From Octopus vulgaris (taxonomy: Eukaryota), in assembly GCA_951406725.2 (NCBI GenBank), contig OX597833.1, positions 39,432,001-39,496,000 of the forward strand: a stretch of 64,000 bases of DNA, written 5' to 3'. The notes below the pieces were generated by a model, which was not told the origin of the DNA, did not search any database, and worked only from the letters and a program-made list of their open reading frames with translations. The position numbers and the translations under genes are program-made. Shown here piece by piece: positions 40,154-53,554 of the stretch; the first letter of the stretch is position 1; every line of letters begins with the position of its first letter.

Positions 40154-40400
40154 ATGATTGTCTGGAAATCTTTCGACACACATCTGTGACCTCCTCAGCA
40201 ACACGTTCCATCTTCGAGTGTGCTCTTGATCTGCTTATTCTATTCTGTTCTTCTATGATGTGTATCCTTATATGTGTATCCTTATATTTTATTGATACTT
40301 TCAGTCTAATCATTCCACATTCTCCACTGGATGATGACGTTGATAATGATTATGGTACTGACAAAAACCAACTTTATTACTTTAGAACTTTTATTTATTG
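40154..40400 (+). CDS. Possible exon encoding an S/T-rich stretch and a hydrophobic segment
   Basis: Acceptor ttttttataaacctgttttatag; DCLEIFRHTSVTSSATRSIFECALDLLILFCSSMMCILICVSLYF. Frame runs on into a (GAT)n repeat. Confidence 0.2.
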
Positions 40401-41437
40401 CTATTTTAACTTGATGTCAACGATGATGATGACATTGATGATGATGATGACGACAATGACAACGATGTTGATGATGGTGGTGGTGGTGGTGGTAGTGATA
40501 TTGGTGATGATGACAAATGCTCTGTATGAGCAATGGTAGCATTTAAGATTGAACTGTAAAGTTAGCTCTTCCTCAGTGGCTGGAGAACTCATTCTGGTAT
40601 ACAATATATCGAATGCTTTCTCGCTCTCTCTCTTTCTCTTTCTTTTTTTCTCTCTCTCGCCCTCCCTCTTTCCTATTTACATCATTTTAGCCATATAGAT
40701 ATACAATACACTATGGTAGATGGATACTATCTCTCTCTTACATACATACTATTTCAATCATATAAATATTCACTGTTATGATGCAATCTCTTTCTCTCAC
40801 TCTCCTATGTATTCACAGCATTTCAGCCACATAGATGTACAACACATTCTAGTGAAAGCGCTCTCTCTCATACTCTCTCACTCTCTCCTATTTATACCAT
40901 TTAAGTTATATAGATATCCAAACATTATGGTTGCTAACTTCTCTCTCTACCTTAGTCTTTCTCTTTCCCTACCCTCTCTCTCTTCCTTTTTTCTCTCCCT
41001 CTTTATACCATGAAGGTTATATAGATATATACCATACTATCATGAAAGCTTTGTATTTCCTATATATACCATTTAAATCATGTGTATATACAATGCTTTA
41101 TTGTGGGACCCCCTTCTCTCTCATTTATACCATATCATTGCAATTTTATCTACAGTAATTTGACATATTGCAGTATTTCCAACCAAATTCAGAATAATAG
41201 ATAGATATGATGTCTAAAATGTATATAACAGTCCTCACTCACCTTACATTTTTTTGTGTTTTTTTTTAGATAATATTTTACAGTTATCTTTTTTTCATAG
41301 ATAAGATGGATTTTTTAAATTCCAGAATCTTAGATCTGAAATATAGGTCTGGAAATAGCTGTACTTTTCAACTGGTGTTAGTTATTAGACTATGGTCATA
41401 CTGGGGCATTACTTTGAAATGTGTAGTTAAGTATATT

Positions 41438-41811
41438 GGTTTCAAATTTGGCACAAAGCTAGCAAGTTAGGAAGAAGGGTTAAGTCAGTTACATTGACCC
41501 CTGTAATCAAGTGGTACTCATTTTATCAACCCTGGAAGGATGAAAAATTTGAACTCAGAATGTAAAGATGGATGAAATGCCTATTTCTTTACTACCCACA
41601 AGGGGCTAAACACAGAGAGGACAAACAAGGACAGACAAACGGATTAAGTCAATTACATAGGCCCCAGTGTGTAACTGGTACTTAATTTATCGACCCCGAA
41701 AGGATGAAAGGTAAAGTCTACCTCGGCGGAATTTGAACTCAGAACTTAACGGCAGACGAAATACGGCTAAGCATTTCACCCGGCGTGCTAACGTTTCTGC
41801 CAGCTCGCCAC
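41438..41811 (-). mobile_element. Nested type B SINEs (young copy inside an older one)
   Basis: CpG-rich copy ~41582-41810 interrupts a diverged copy. Confidence 0.8.
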
Positions 41812-41860
41812 TAAGCATTTTGTCTGGTGTGCTAATGATTCCACCATCTCATGCCTTATG

Positions 41861-42438
41861 TCATCATCATCATCATCGTTTAACGTCCTTTTTCCATGTT
41901 AGCATAGGTTGGACAGTTTGACTGGGGTCTGGGAAGCCAGGAGGCTGCACCAGGCTCCAGTCTGATCTGGCAGTGTTTCTACTGCTGGATGCCCTTCCTA
42001 ACGCCAACCACTCCATGAATGTAGTGGGTGCTTTTTATGTGCCACCAGCACAGGGGCCAGAGGAGGCTGGCAACAGTCTCAATTGGTTGGTGCTTTTTAT
42101 GAGCAACCAGCATGGGTATCACAACTAGAATTTCCATTTGATTATTATTTTGATGTTGATGTACTTGACACAGTAGGTCTCCTCAAGCACAGCAGGTCAC
42201 CCTACGATCCAAGGTAAGCATAGCAGGCCATCCTGCGAGCCATGAACTCACTTCATTTGTCGGGTCTTCACAGTCACAGCATATCTCCAGAGGTCTCGGT
42301 TTTTCATCATTGCTTCTGTGAGGCCCAACGTTTGAAGGTCATACTTGACCACCTCATCCCATGTCTTCCTGGGTCTACCTCTACCCCGGATCCCTTCAAC
42401 TGTTTGGGAGCGTAGCATTTCTTCACCCATCTGTCCTC
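41861..42438 (-). mobile_element. RTE LINE 3' end including ORF C-terminus
   Basis: VEGIRGRGRPRKTWDEVVKYDL..LGLTEAMMKNRDLWR. Confidence 0.85.
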
Positions 42439-43639
42439 AGATCTGAAAGATAGAAGGTTAAATCAACCTGGGCATGATTTGAACTCAGAATGAATAGTTA
42501 TGAAAGCAATACTGCATTGTATTTTGTTTGACATGCTATCATTTCTACCACTGCATTACCCTTTCATTTGCATGAATTAATTAGCTATGAGCATTTATTT
42601 GTTGTCATGGTAGGGAGATAGTATGAATATTGGAGGCCGTCAAACAACAGATACAAGGTGAGTGAGTGGTAGTCGCAGAAGTAAAATGAAAATTAATAGA
42701 AAGAGGTGATGTTTATCACATTGACCGAAGTGGTACAAGAAAAGAAGGAAAAAGGCTGAGAGAAGCAAAATGAGAATTGGTTGGAGTAAAAGGCTACTTT
42801 ATATTTCTCTAAGCAGAATGTGAATTAGGAACAGTCTTGATATACTAATAAATAATGCTGGAAAACAAAGAAATATTTATGGAATTTGCAGTCTTATTAT
42901 AAATACTGTGAAAAAGAGCTTCTGTAATAATGATAATTACTTATAAATATTTCAATGTTTTCTGAATGATATTGCAATGTTTTTTGTACATGATATTGTA
43001 ATGTTTTTTGTTAATATAGTTCCTTAATTTTTAATTAGATCTTTATATATATTTATAAATTATTCAGTGAAAAATGTTTAAGTAAAAAAAATCTGTCATT
43101 TTAGCGACGGAAGTGTCTATGTGTTTTTATTGCAGTGTGATTTATTGGTTTTGGTGGACAGCATGCACTATCACATTTACAATTATTGGTCTTGGCCTTT
43201 AGGCCAAGATAAAAATGCAATATTTTACTTTCAGATCCAAAGCGCAAAATCTTTAGAAAGAAATTTATCAATGGCTTGACTTGTCATTATATATGGATGT
43301 GCCATTTTCTATAATTGATAAAACTGTCATCATTTTTTATAGCACATTGCAGGTCATACAGAGTCATCTGAATGGATGAAGGATATGTTTTGTGGTATTG
43401 TTTTGGGGTTAGGTATTCTGTTGCTGGTATTGGCATTGTAGTAGTAGTAGTAGTAGTTGTTGTTGTTGTTGCTGTTGTTGTTGTTCTTGTAGAAGGGTTT
43501 TATTGTCCTTTTGGTCAGTGTTGCTGCTGCTGCTTTCACAACAGCTACAGATTTTTGCAGTTGTTACTGCTGATCTTTTTCTTTATAAAGTTGTGGCATT
43601 GGCAACAGTGGTGTGTGTGTGTGTGGTAATGGTGGGGGT

Positions 43640-44655
43640 AGGGGTTTTCATTTGCCCTCTGCTTTGGACAAAGACTCCTTAGATGGTTGGCTCCACGACA
43701 GGTCCATGTGTGCATAACAACAGAAGATGTCATTGAACAGATATCAAAACTGCCAAACTGGAAAGTGGTAGAACCACATGGAATTCAAGGCTACTGGCTC
43801 AAGTGGTTTAGGTCAATACACAAGAGAACTGCATTGCAGTCAGGCAATTGCCTACAGAGTGGTGCAGTTCCAGAATGGAAGGTAAGTGGAAGAACAACAT
43901 TGTTAATAAAAGATCGGCCGTAGGGCAATGAAGTTGACAAGTACCAACCCATTGCTTGTCTTAACCTGCTATGGAAAGTATTAACAGGTACCCTCACTGG
44001 GAAAACATATACGTTCCTTGCAGAAAACAATCTACTGTTGGTAGCACAAAAGGGATGCTGAAAAGGATCCAAGGGTACCAAGGACCAGCTTGTGATAAAC
44101 AAGGTTATAATGAAGAGCTGTAAACATTACCAAAAAACTTATGTATGGCCTAGATAAACTTCAAAAAGGCTTACGATATGTTGCCACATTTGCAGATTTT
44201 GGAAACACTTGACATGAGTGAAATAGCTGAGAACGTGTGTGCACTGATTAAGGACAGCATGCCTAGTTGGAGAACGGGACTTTCCTGTAACAACCAGCCC
44301 TTAGCCAAGGTAACAACCAAAAGAGGTATCTTCCAAGGAGACTCTTGTTCACCTGTTATCTTTTATAGCATTGATCCCACTTTCTATAGTCCTACGCAAA
44401 ACCAAAGTGCCCTATGAGCTGAGAAAGAATGTCCTTATCCTATATAAAATACTGTCTATATAATGTCAAATTTTAAAACAAACTCATAATTTTCTTATGT
44501 TTTCTTAAACATTCTCAAGAACAATACAATGTGCAAAACCAAATATATGACAACCTAGGCATAACACCAACATAAACTTCTAACTTGTCTCTTGAAGTCT
44601 CTGGGTGAGACTTGTAGCCAACTTATGCAAATACAAAGCAAAAGTCAAATATATA
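43640..44655 (+). mobile_element. R4/Dong-type RT fragment joined to a 3'UTR
   Basis: LPNWK..GIQGYWLK, GRTTLL, YQPIACL, QKGC, DQLVINK, KAYD, RGIFQGDS; 44440-44655 matches 39715-39920. Confidence 0.85.
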
Positions 44656-44804
44656 ATAATGATGATGATGATGGTGGTGGTGGTGGTGGTGTTGGTGTTG
44701 GTGGTGTTGGTGGTGGTGGCGGCTGCGGCGGCGGCGGTGGTGGTGGTGTTGGCGGTGGCGGCGGTGGTGGTGGTGGTGGTGATGATGATGAAAATTATAA
44801 TAAT

Positions 44805-45080
44805 AAAACTGAAAGTGGAAATGCCAAGATTGTATGGAATGTGAAAGGGTAATGTAAAATTGATACCAGTAGTGATCAGAGCATTGGACTCAGTCCTATT
44901 GAAACTTCAAAACTTCTTAAGGTAACTGGAAATCCCATGCAAGATTGATGTCTTGCAAAAGTAGCCTTATTGGGCACTGCCCACATCCTAAGGAGAGTAT
45001 TATCTGTTTGAGGTCCTTGTTGTGACTTGACAGATGGCTAAAGACTCTGGTGCATTTTTACCAACGCTGTGTTATGAAGG
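44805..45080 (+). mobile_element. R4/Dong-type extreme 3' fragment
   Basis: LKVEMPRLY..IPVVIRALDSV..LLGTAHILRRVLSV*. Confidence 0.7.
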
Positions 45081-45092
45081 AATAATAATAAT

Positions 45093-45579
45093 TACATTGT
45101 TTTATTTTGGTGTAAAAGATTGGCTACACCACATATTCTGCTCAATACCACAGATTTGCCTGTCTGTTGTTTAACCTTAACCAGTTGAACATGTCCCTTA
45201 GTGGCTGACGATATGTGCATCTCTGATCATGAGCAGAAGTAGCGGGGGAAGCATCATAGCCATGTGCTGAGAGGAATTTTTGGGGTTTGGATAGTTCACC
45301 TTCAGAAACATGGGTGTTTCGTTCAACATCCTTAAACAACCCTTATTCAGGGACCTTTTGAGTGGGATGGGTTACTCGACCAGAAGAAAATTCTAACTGG
45401 GCCCCACCTGCAAGGTCATACACTGTTTATCTTGATATGAAATCACCATGTTGCGCACATTTGGTTGTGATGCATGTTCCTGGTGTATCCTTATCAGACA
45501 GGTAGTCATGGTGGGTATACTGGGCTTTGTATATTTTACCCCAGTGTCACTTTGATGGCATGCACTGATCTTTCATTCA

Positions 45580-45580
<1 letters not shown>
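45093..45580 (+). repeat. ~490-bp interspersed repeat with (TAA)n tail
   Basis: Matches 38620-39108. Confidence 0.85.
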
Positions 45581-45616
<36 letters not shown>

Positions 45617-45617
45617 C

Positions 45618-45654
<37 letters not shown>

Positions 45655-46039
45655 TCCTGTAGAGTTTCTACAGAAAGTTTGCCTTTTAGGGACAAGAAAG
45701 ATTATCAGGAAGGTCTTAAGCACTTGAAAGACTATTGAAAGCTTGTGGATATCTAAGGTTACAGGTAATAACCCATTACCCACAGGAATTCTACCAGTAA
45801 TAAGAACAAAGCTGAGACAGATCAATAATAATTAATAGTAATAGTTTCTTTTATTAGGCACACGGTCATCAATGAGGAGAATATCACAAATTAGCTTTAC
45901 TTAGAACTGCATGCATACTGCATAAAGTGTTGTCTATCTGAAGTGCATGTTGTGACTTGATAGACTGCACAAATCTCTGGTGCACACAATATCCTCAATC
46001 TACAAAATCACAATATTTGAAGCTATGTGATGTCTTCAA

Positions 46040-46860
46040 AAATAAGGCTTCTTTCATTTACCACAGGTTATCAGAACGGGGTACATTAAAAGGACACTTA
46101 CAATTTGTGTGGTGTTTTACATGAATAATGAGGGGAAGAAAAGGAGAGGAGAGGTAAATGAGGTAAAGATATACATAGAATATGCAATGTGTGAACACAT
46201 TTATAATGCAGTCCTCCTGGAACAAGACAACTTCTAACTACAGTCAATCAATTAGCCTCACAGGTCCAGGGTCACCCTGAACACCAAGGGTACAACTGAC
46301 CAACTGTTGTTCTCCAATCTACTGGTGCATGCTCAGAGTTGGTCTGTTCACTCTAATCATTTCAGTCCTCCTGAAACAAGACAATCTCTGACTACAGTCA
46401 ATCAATTAGCCTCACAGATCCAGGGTCACCCTGAACACCAAGGGTGAACAACTGACCAACTGTTGTTCTCCAATCTACTGGTGCATGCTCAGAGTTGGTC
46501 TGTTCACCCTAATCATTTTTGCTGCATTCATCTACCTTTTGATGAATTCATTGGGAGAGAGTACTTCGTTCTCCAGCCTCAATTTTCTTTTCAAGTTAAA
46601 CTTTAAAAAAGTGGAAAAGGGCTTGACCAAAGAGGAAGTATCTGTTCTTAATCTGTTCAACCTCGTCTATCACACAAACCTTTTTGCTATAATCACTAGA
46701 CAGATGACCACTGCCTGCCCAGCCTTGTTTAAGGTGGGAGTGGAGGGATCCTTACAATGGAGGATTCACCTTACATGTGACCACAGCTGTTTCACATAAC
46801 TCCATGAGACAGCAATGCTTGAACACTGCAAAAGTGCATGCAGTATGATTTCATCAGTAA
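46040..46860 (-). mobile_element. L1/Tx1-like 3' fragment with a 154-bp tandem duplication
   Basis: HALLQCS..FFKFNLKRKLRLENEVLS..; duplicate units start at 46209 and 46363. Confidence 0.6.
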
Positions 46861-46864
46861 ATCT

Positions 46865-47445
46865 TTCTTATTTTGGCTCAAGGTGAGCAGTTTTGAGATA
46901 AAGGAACCAAGCTGACTACATTGACACCCAGTACTTTACTGGTACCATATTCAATCAATCCTGAAAGGATGAAAGGCAAAGTTCACCTTGATGGGATTTT
47001 GAACATATGATAATTATAATAATTTCAAACTTTGGCACAAGGCCAGAAATTTTGGGAGATGGGGCAAGTTGATTACATCAATCCCAGTGCTCAACTGGTA
47101 CTTATTTTATTGACCCCAAAATGATGAAAGGCAAAGACGACCTCAGTGGAATTTGAACTTATAGCATGAAGATAGACAAAATGCCACTGAGCATTCTGCC
47201 AGCATGCTGCCTTAATAATAATTATAATTATGGTCAAAAATTTTGGCACAAAGCCAGAAATTTTGAGAAAGAGGGTAAGTTGATTACATTGACTCTAGTG
47301 CTCAACTGGTACTTATTTTATCAACTTCGAAATGATGAAAGATAAAGCTGATCTCGGTGGAATTTGAACTCAGAACATAAAGACAGACGAAATGCCACTA
47401 AGCTTTTTGCCTGACGTGCTAACAATTCTGCCAGCTCACTGCCTT
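46865..47445 (-). mobile_element. Three tandem type B SINEs
   Basis: ctggtac..atgaaag..aag...tttgaac block repeated three times, separated by (TAA)-like spacers. Confidence 0.8.
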
Positions 47446-48702
47446 AATAATAATGATGATGATCATAATGATGATGATGATGATGATCATGATCATGATC
47501 ATGATGATGATGATAAGGAAGATGATGTTTCTTTTACAAAATTTCATAATTTACTCTATGTAAACAGTGTCATCATTTGTGAGCTGTTTGAGTGAAGCAT
47601 TACTGGACGACTTCAATTTATACTACACAAGCAATTCTAAATGACCACTTAAATATAGAACCGAAAGTAAAACGAATTTGCAATTCAAAGAAGAAAGCTT
47701 TTCTCTCTCTCTCTCTGTGAAAGACTGCTATTATTATTGATTGGGCATAGAGATAGAGGCAGAAACTTCTCATCTTCTAATGGACCTCATTGCATGAAGT
47801 AGCTTTCATCTTGTATCAACTTTTATATTAATGCTATTGGCATTCTCCAATCAATCTGCCTGATTTATCAGAATCCATTCCTGCCTACTTACTGCAAAAT
47901 GGATTACGGAATTAGTGCGACAAGAAGACATTTACCACTTATAGACAAGGTCAACTTTCATCCGTTCTTTGCTTCCACTTTTTGTTCTTCCTTTTCTATA
48001 TTTTCTTCTGTCGTTCCTTCCCTTTTCTTTCTCTTTATTTTTGCATTTTGTTCTTTTTTTTATGCATTTATTTTTCTAGATTTACTTTACTTTTAAAACC
48101 TAGAATGTCATTGACTTCAAAAGGTGAATTGTAATGGAATATGATCACACGCACATGTACATACCTATATAAATATGTACATGTTAGTAGTGTGTATGTG
48201 CCACTGTTTATATGTGTGTCTATGTGTATGCATGTGTATATTATGTGTGTGTGTGTGTGTCGACGCATATTTGTTTTTGGTTTAACAAACAAGGGAACAT
48301 GTACACAACTATAGAGTGTATCTATTTATATAAGGCTGGTGATTTACTCAGTATTTTTTGCTCAATGAATTCTTGAAGGATCATATCAAGCAGAAAAAAT
48401 TTTGAAAAACTGTGGAGTAAAATAGTGAATCATCAACTTCATCAAAGATCTATCTATCTATCTATCTATCTATCTGTCTGTCTGTCTAACTATCCATCAT
48501 CCATCCATCCATCCACCCGTCCCTCCGTCTGTCTATCTATCTATCTGTCTGTCTGTCTCTCTCTCTATATATATATTTATATATAGATATATATCCATCT
48601 CTCTCTACCTCCTTGTGTTTGTGAGTGTGTGTGTGTGTGTGTGATCAGACAGACTCCAAAGTGACTGGTGTTAGTCTGCATAGCCAAAATTTGTATTTAT
48701 TG

Positions 48703-48962
48703 AGTAAAATGAACTAAAAGACTGCAGTGAACTTACTGCAGGGAATGGAAAATCCAACGTTTTTAGACAGAATTCTTCAGGAAAATGTTGATAGGAAAGA
48801 AATTAAAGAAAGTCAGCTGAGTTTTACCATCCTCTAAATTGCAGTCTCTGCTGTGTCTCCTTAATTCTTTTCCAGTTAACTTTTCCCTGAAGAAGGATTC
48901 TGTCTGAAGCATTGGATTTTCCATCCCTCATAGTAAGTTCACAACAATCTCTTTGTCGATTT

Positions 48963-48966
<4 letters not shown>
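48703..48966. ncRNA. Inverted repeat (~120-bp arms) with decayed minimal type I hammerhead motifs
   Basis: Right arm tcc-CTGAAGA-aggattctgtct-GAAgcatt-gga; left arm reverse complement CTGAAGA-attctgtct-aaAAACGTT-gga. Confidence 0.55.
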
Positions 48967-49021
<55 letters not shown>

Positions 49022-49171
49022 ATACTACTACACACACACATTCTCACATTAATATGCACCACAAGTCCATATGAAAGGTTCTCTGTTCTCTATTATAGTT
49101 TCTGTGTTCTAACATAATATCCACTTTCAAACAGGAATAAATGGTACCTTTTAGTATTAAAACTACTTATC

Positions 49172-49455
49172 CTCATTGTCATTTAACGTCCACTTTTGAT
49201 GCTGGCAAGGGATAGATGGTTTGACTGAAAACTGGTAAGCCAAGGATCTGGGCCAGGTTTCAATCTGATTTGGCATTTTCCAATCTGATTCAATAGCTGG
49301 ATACCCTTCCTAATGCCAACCACTCCAAGAGTGTAGTGGGTGCTTTTTATGTGCCACTAGCATGAGTACCAGTTATGAAACACCAGCATTGGTCATGACT
49401 GTGATGTCACTTGGCTTGATAGGTCTTCTCAAGCACAGTATATTGCCAAAGGTCA
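49172..49455 (-). mobile_element. RTE 3'UTR copy, diverged
   Basis: tttaacgtcc...cccttcctaatgccaaccactcc. Confidence 0.75.
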
Positions 49456-50512
49456 TCACAATTAATTATTTTTTAATAAGCTCACTGGCTATTTGTGACA
49501 CTAGTGCCTAATTTGGCACTGAGATTCTATGTATATCACTAGCAGAGAAATTGCTGTTATTTCTAACTTTTGGGAGTCTACCATTGAAAAGGCCAAGGAA
49601 GGCTGAAGTCACGTTCTCTGGTTGTCCCAGTGGTGGTGATGACAGTTGATTTATCTCACATTAGCACTATAATCAAAAGTATTTATAAACATCACAAGTC
49701 CATGTGGGAGATTCTCTCATGGTAGCTATCACAGTAGTCTGTGTTCTTATACAATATCCACTTTTAAAAGGGGATACATATGTGTGTGTGAGTGTGTGTG
49801 TGTAGGTTGAGTTTCAGATCATGCACTCCAAACAATAACTTTATTAATTTTCATTTTTCAAAAATTTCTTTGCATTTCTGTATCTTAAACATTTCAAATT
49901 ATTATGATTCTTAAAAAAAATATACTTACTTTCCATAGCTTTGCATTTTAAATGTTTTTCCTCAAAATTCTTCAGCTTTATATGTCAGGGAACAATTAGA
50001 GAATACAATTCTGTTCTTTTGTCCTTTTCTTCTCAATTTTATTTTGAAACTGTTTTGGCTTACAATTTTTCTTTGAATATTTTGCTATGAACATAATAAT
50101 AACTTAATTTATAAGGCCAATAATTTTGTGGGGAAGAGTTAGCTAATTACATCAAAATAAGTATTTGATTGGTATTTTATTTTATTGAACTCAAAAGAAT
50201 GAAAGTCAGAGGTGACCTCAGCTGGATTTGAACTCAGGACAGAAATAATCAGAAGAAATACCACAATGTGTAATACCTGAGACTAACAATTCTGCTCATC
50301 TATTACCCTAATACACAAACATAATAATGAAAGAAATATTGTTTCTACTTTAAGCATGGGGCTTGAAATTTTGGGGGAGGGTACTAGTTGATTACATCAA
50401 CCCAAGTACATGGCAAGTATTTATTTTCTTGCCCCTGAAAGGATGAAAAGTGATATCAATCTTGCTGCTAAGAATTTTGCTTAGCATGCTAACGATTCTG
50501 CCAGCTCATTGT

Positions 50513-50742
50513 CTTACTCTTTACTCTTTTACTTGTTTCAATCATTTGACTGTGGCCATGCTGGAGCACCACCTTTAGTTGAATCAAATCGACCCCAGGA
50601 CTTATTCTTTGTAAGCTTAGTACTTATTCTATCGGTCTCTTTTGTCAAACCACTAAGTTACAGGGACATAAACACACCAGCATCAGTTGTCAAGCGATGT
50701 TGGGGAGACAAACACAGACACACAAACATACACACACACACA

Positions 50743-50785
<43 letters not shown>

Positions 50786-50940
50786 CAGGCTTCTTTCAGT
50801 TTCTGTCTACTAAATCCCCTCACAAGGCTTTGGTCGGCCCGAGGCTATAGTAGAAGACATTTGCCTAAGGTGCCAAGCAGTGGGACTGAACCCGGAACCA
50901 TATGGTTGGGAAACAAGCTACTTACCACATAGCCACTCCG
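50513..50940 (-). mobile_element. Type A SINE
   Basis: Full head, central (TA)n/(CA)n and tail. Confidence 0.9.
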
Positions 50941-52556
50941 ACACATATTCACAAACATAATAATAAAAAATTATGCATTCAAATATGTATTCATAATTAA
51001 TGCTGAAGTCATCACTAACTTTTTGGTAAAGATTTCTTCTGCAGCAAAATAAATTTACCAAAAATTGAATCTGATCTGTGAAATGTTTAAACCCCTTTCG
51101 TTTTCTCAGTATTTGATTGCAACCTAAATGATAGAGCCCTCTCTGAAAAATACATACAAGTGTCTAGAGTTTTTCTTTATTTCAAAACTTTATCTCTGGT
51201 GCTGATATCTTAATGATCTGTGTATTACTTAGATTATTTGCTGAATATATTTCACTAATCAGATTACTTCCATTATAGGAACTGAAGGAATTCTATATCA
51301 ATGCTTTCACTATGTTTCAAAAACATGGTAAAGTTATAGATAGGTTTATCACCTGTCAACATGATTTGGCATACATCTTCCATTTTCAAGGCCTCATCAA
51401 AGTAAAGTGGTTTACCTTGTTAAAAGAGGTATTTTCCATTTCAAAATCGAAAGTATTTTTCTTTAAAAAGAATGTGAAAATGTTTTCCTTTTAAAAACAA
51501 AGTAAACACTTTTTACTCTGGGCAAAAAGAAGGTTTTTTTTTTTTTTAATTCAAATGATAGACAAATCTAACATCTTTGAATAATTGTTCAGATCTTTTA
51601 AATCCATTAAAGAAAAGTCTTACTGTAGGTGATGAGCACAAATGTCTAATGTATTTCTTCTTTTGCACGATTACACATCAACATGGCATTTACTCGATAA
51701 AATCTAGTGCATAATTAACTGTTAGGTGTCAAAAACAAATTGCATGTGTAGATATGTTTAATTATATATGTTTGTTACTATGTCATCCCTCACACATATG
51801 CTCACATCGTATTCCCTAACTATAGAGCAGTTTATATGATGCTTGTGTACAAAGTGCAATGCTTCATAGTGAAACTACAGCTTTAAAAGCAGAGGATGTG
51901 TAAATGCTGAAAAGTCATGATCCGAGCATGGTCCACTGGGTGTGTGATATTAGTGTACAAGAATGATGGACTAAAAATGAGATGACAGTAGAAGTGGATA
52001 CGATTCTACATCAGAATGGTAGTTGCTTAATAAAATCTAGTGCATAATTAACTGTTAGGTGTTGTAAGCAAATCTCATTGATATTATTGTATGAGTGCTC
52101 AGAGATAGCTAACAACTGTTATTCTCTATATCTAACAGGTTTGAGGTTGTTAGTCACCTACTGCATCCATGCAGTACCTTTGAGAATCAACTTTAAGATC
52201 TCCCACAACACACTGTGGTTTCCAAATGCAGGTTTGTCTCGCCTGCTTTCATAGCACCTACAAACTGGATGAGATATTTTTCACCTCCAATAACAGTGAG
52301 CAGTCACCATAGTTTGTCCATATCTATCATCTCTGAAGAGCATGTGGTATTACTTAACTATAAATACATTGTATTTATACCTAACTAATGTACTCTCAAA
52401 AAGTGTCTGTTTGCAACGAAAATTTCTTTCAACAAATTCCTTTAATACATTTGCCATTTGCTTAATATTGGTGGTAGCTACATTTTGTACCAGTATGGAC
52501 CAGATTCATCCAGAGAATCACGAAGATGACCAAAATTCTTTTTTATATACAAACAG

Positions 52557-52950
52557 ATGCAGGTATGGCTGTGTGGTAAGAAGCTTGCTTCTCAACCACA
52601 TGGTTCCAGGCTCAGTTCCACTGTGTGGCACCTTAAGCAAGTGTCTTCTACAATAGCCCTAGGCCAACCAAAACCTTGTGAGTAAATTTGGTAGATGGAA
52701 ACTGAAAGAAGCCTGTTATATATGTGTGTTTGTGCCTTCGTGTCTGAGTTTATTCCACACCACTGCTTGACAACCAGTGTTGGTGTGTTTACATCCCCAA
52801 AGCTTTGTGGCTCAGCCCAAGAGACCAACAGAATAAATACCTGGCTTAAGAAAAACAATAAATACTGGGATCAGTTCACTCATCTAAAAATTCTTCAAGG
52901 CAGTGCTCCAGTATGGCCACAGTCTTATGACTGAAACAACAGAAAGATAA
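52557..52950 (+). mobile_element. Type A SINE
   Basis: ggctgtgtggtaagaagcttgct...gactgaaaca. Confidence 0.85.
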
Positions 52951-53554
52951 TATAAGTTATGGTATGAGCTTTTATATATTAAATCAAATTCAAAGCTGTT
53001 ACTCAATTTAATTTCAATGTTACTTAAAATATAAGTAAATAATTAAAAACCCCGGCACATATTCCAACCCTACACAATTACCCCCCCACTGCATATATTT
53101 TGACCAAACTCTTGTTATGTAGCATCTCAGATACTTTGGGACCAAGGGACATAATGCTAGATAAATCCCTTGCTCATTCACCTCCTACAAGTTTGTCTCA
53201 TCTGTTTTCATAGCACCTACAAACTGGACGAGATATTTTTCACCTCCAATAACAGTGAGCAGTCACCATAGTTTGTCCATATCTATCATCTCTGAAGAGC
53301 ATGTGGTATTACTTAACTATGCTGTTATCTAATATCTGGTTACTTAATACTCAATGCAATTGATAAGATCAGCTGAAATGGATTTAAAATGTTGCATCCT
53401 TTGATTAATATATATATGTATACATGTATATGTATCTATCTATAACTCTAGGTATGTGTATGTGTGTGTGTTTATGTATGTTCATGTGTATAGATATGCT
53501 TAATTACGTATGTTTGTTTCTGCATCATCTCACACACATATACTCACACTGCAT

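Noticed and set aside
44592-44852. Glycine-rich protein
   Set aside because: (GGT/GGC)n microsatellite between LINE fragments
51279-51327. 49-nt micro-exon candidate (also 54236-54267)
   Set aside because: Plausible splice signals but no recognisable peptide; such signals are expected by chance
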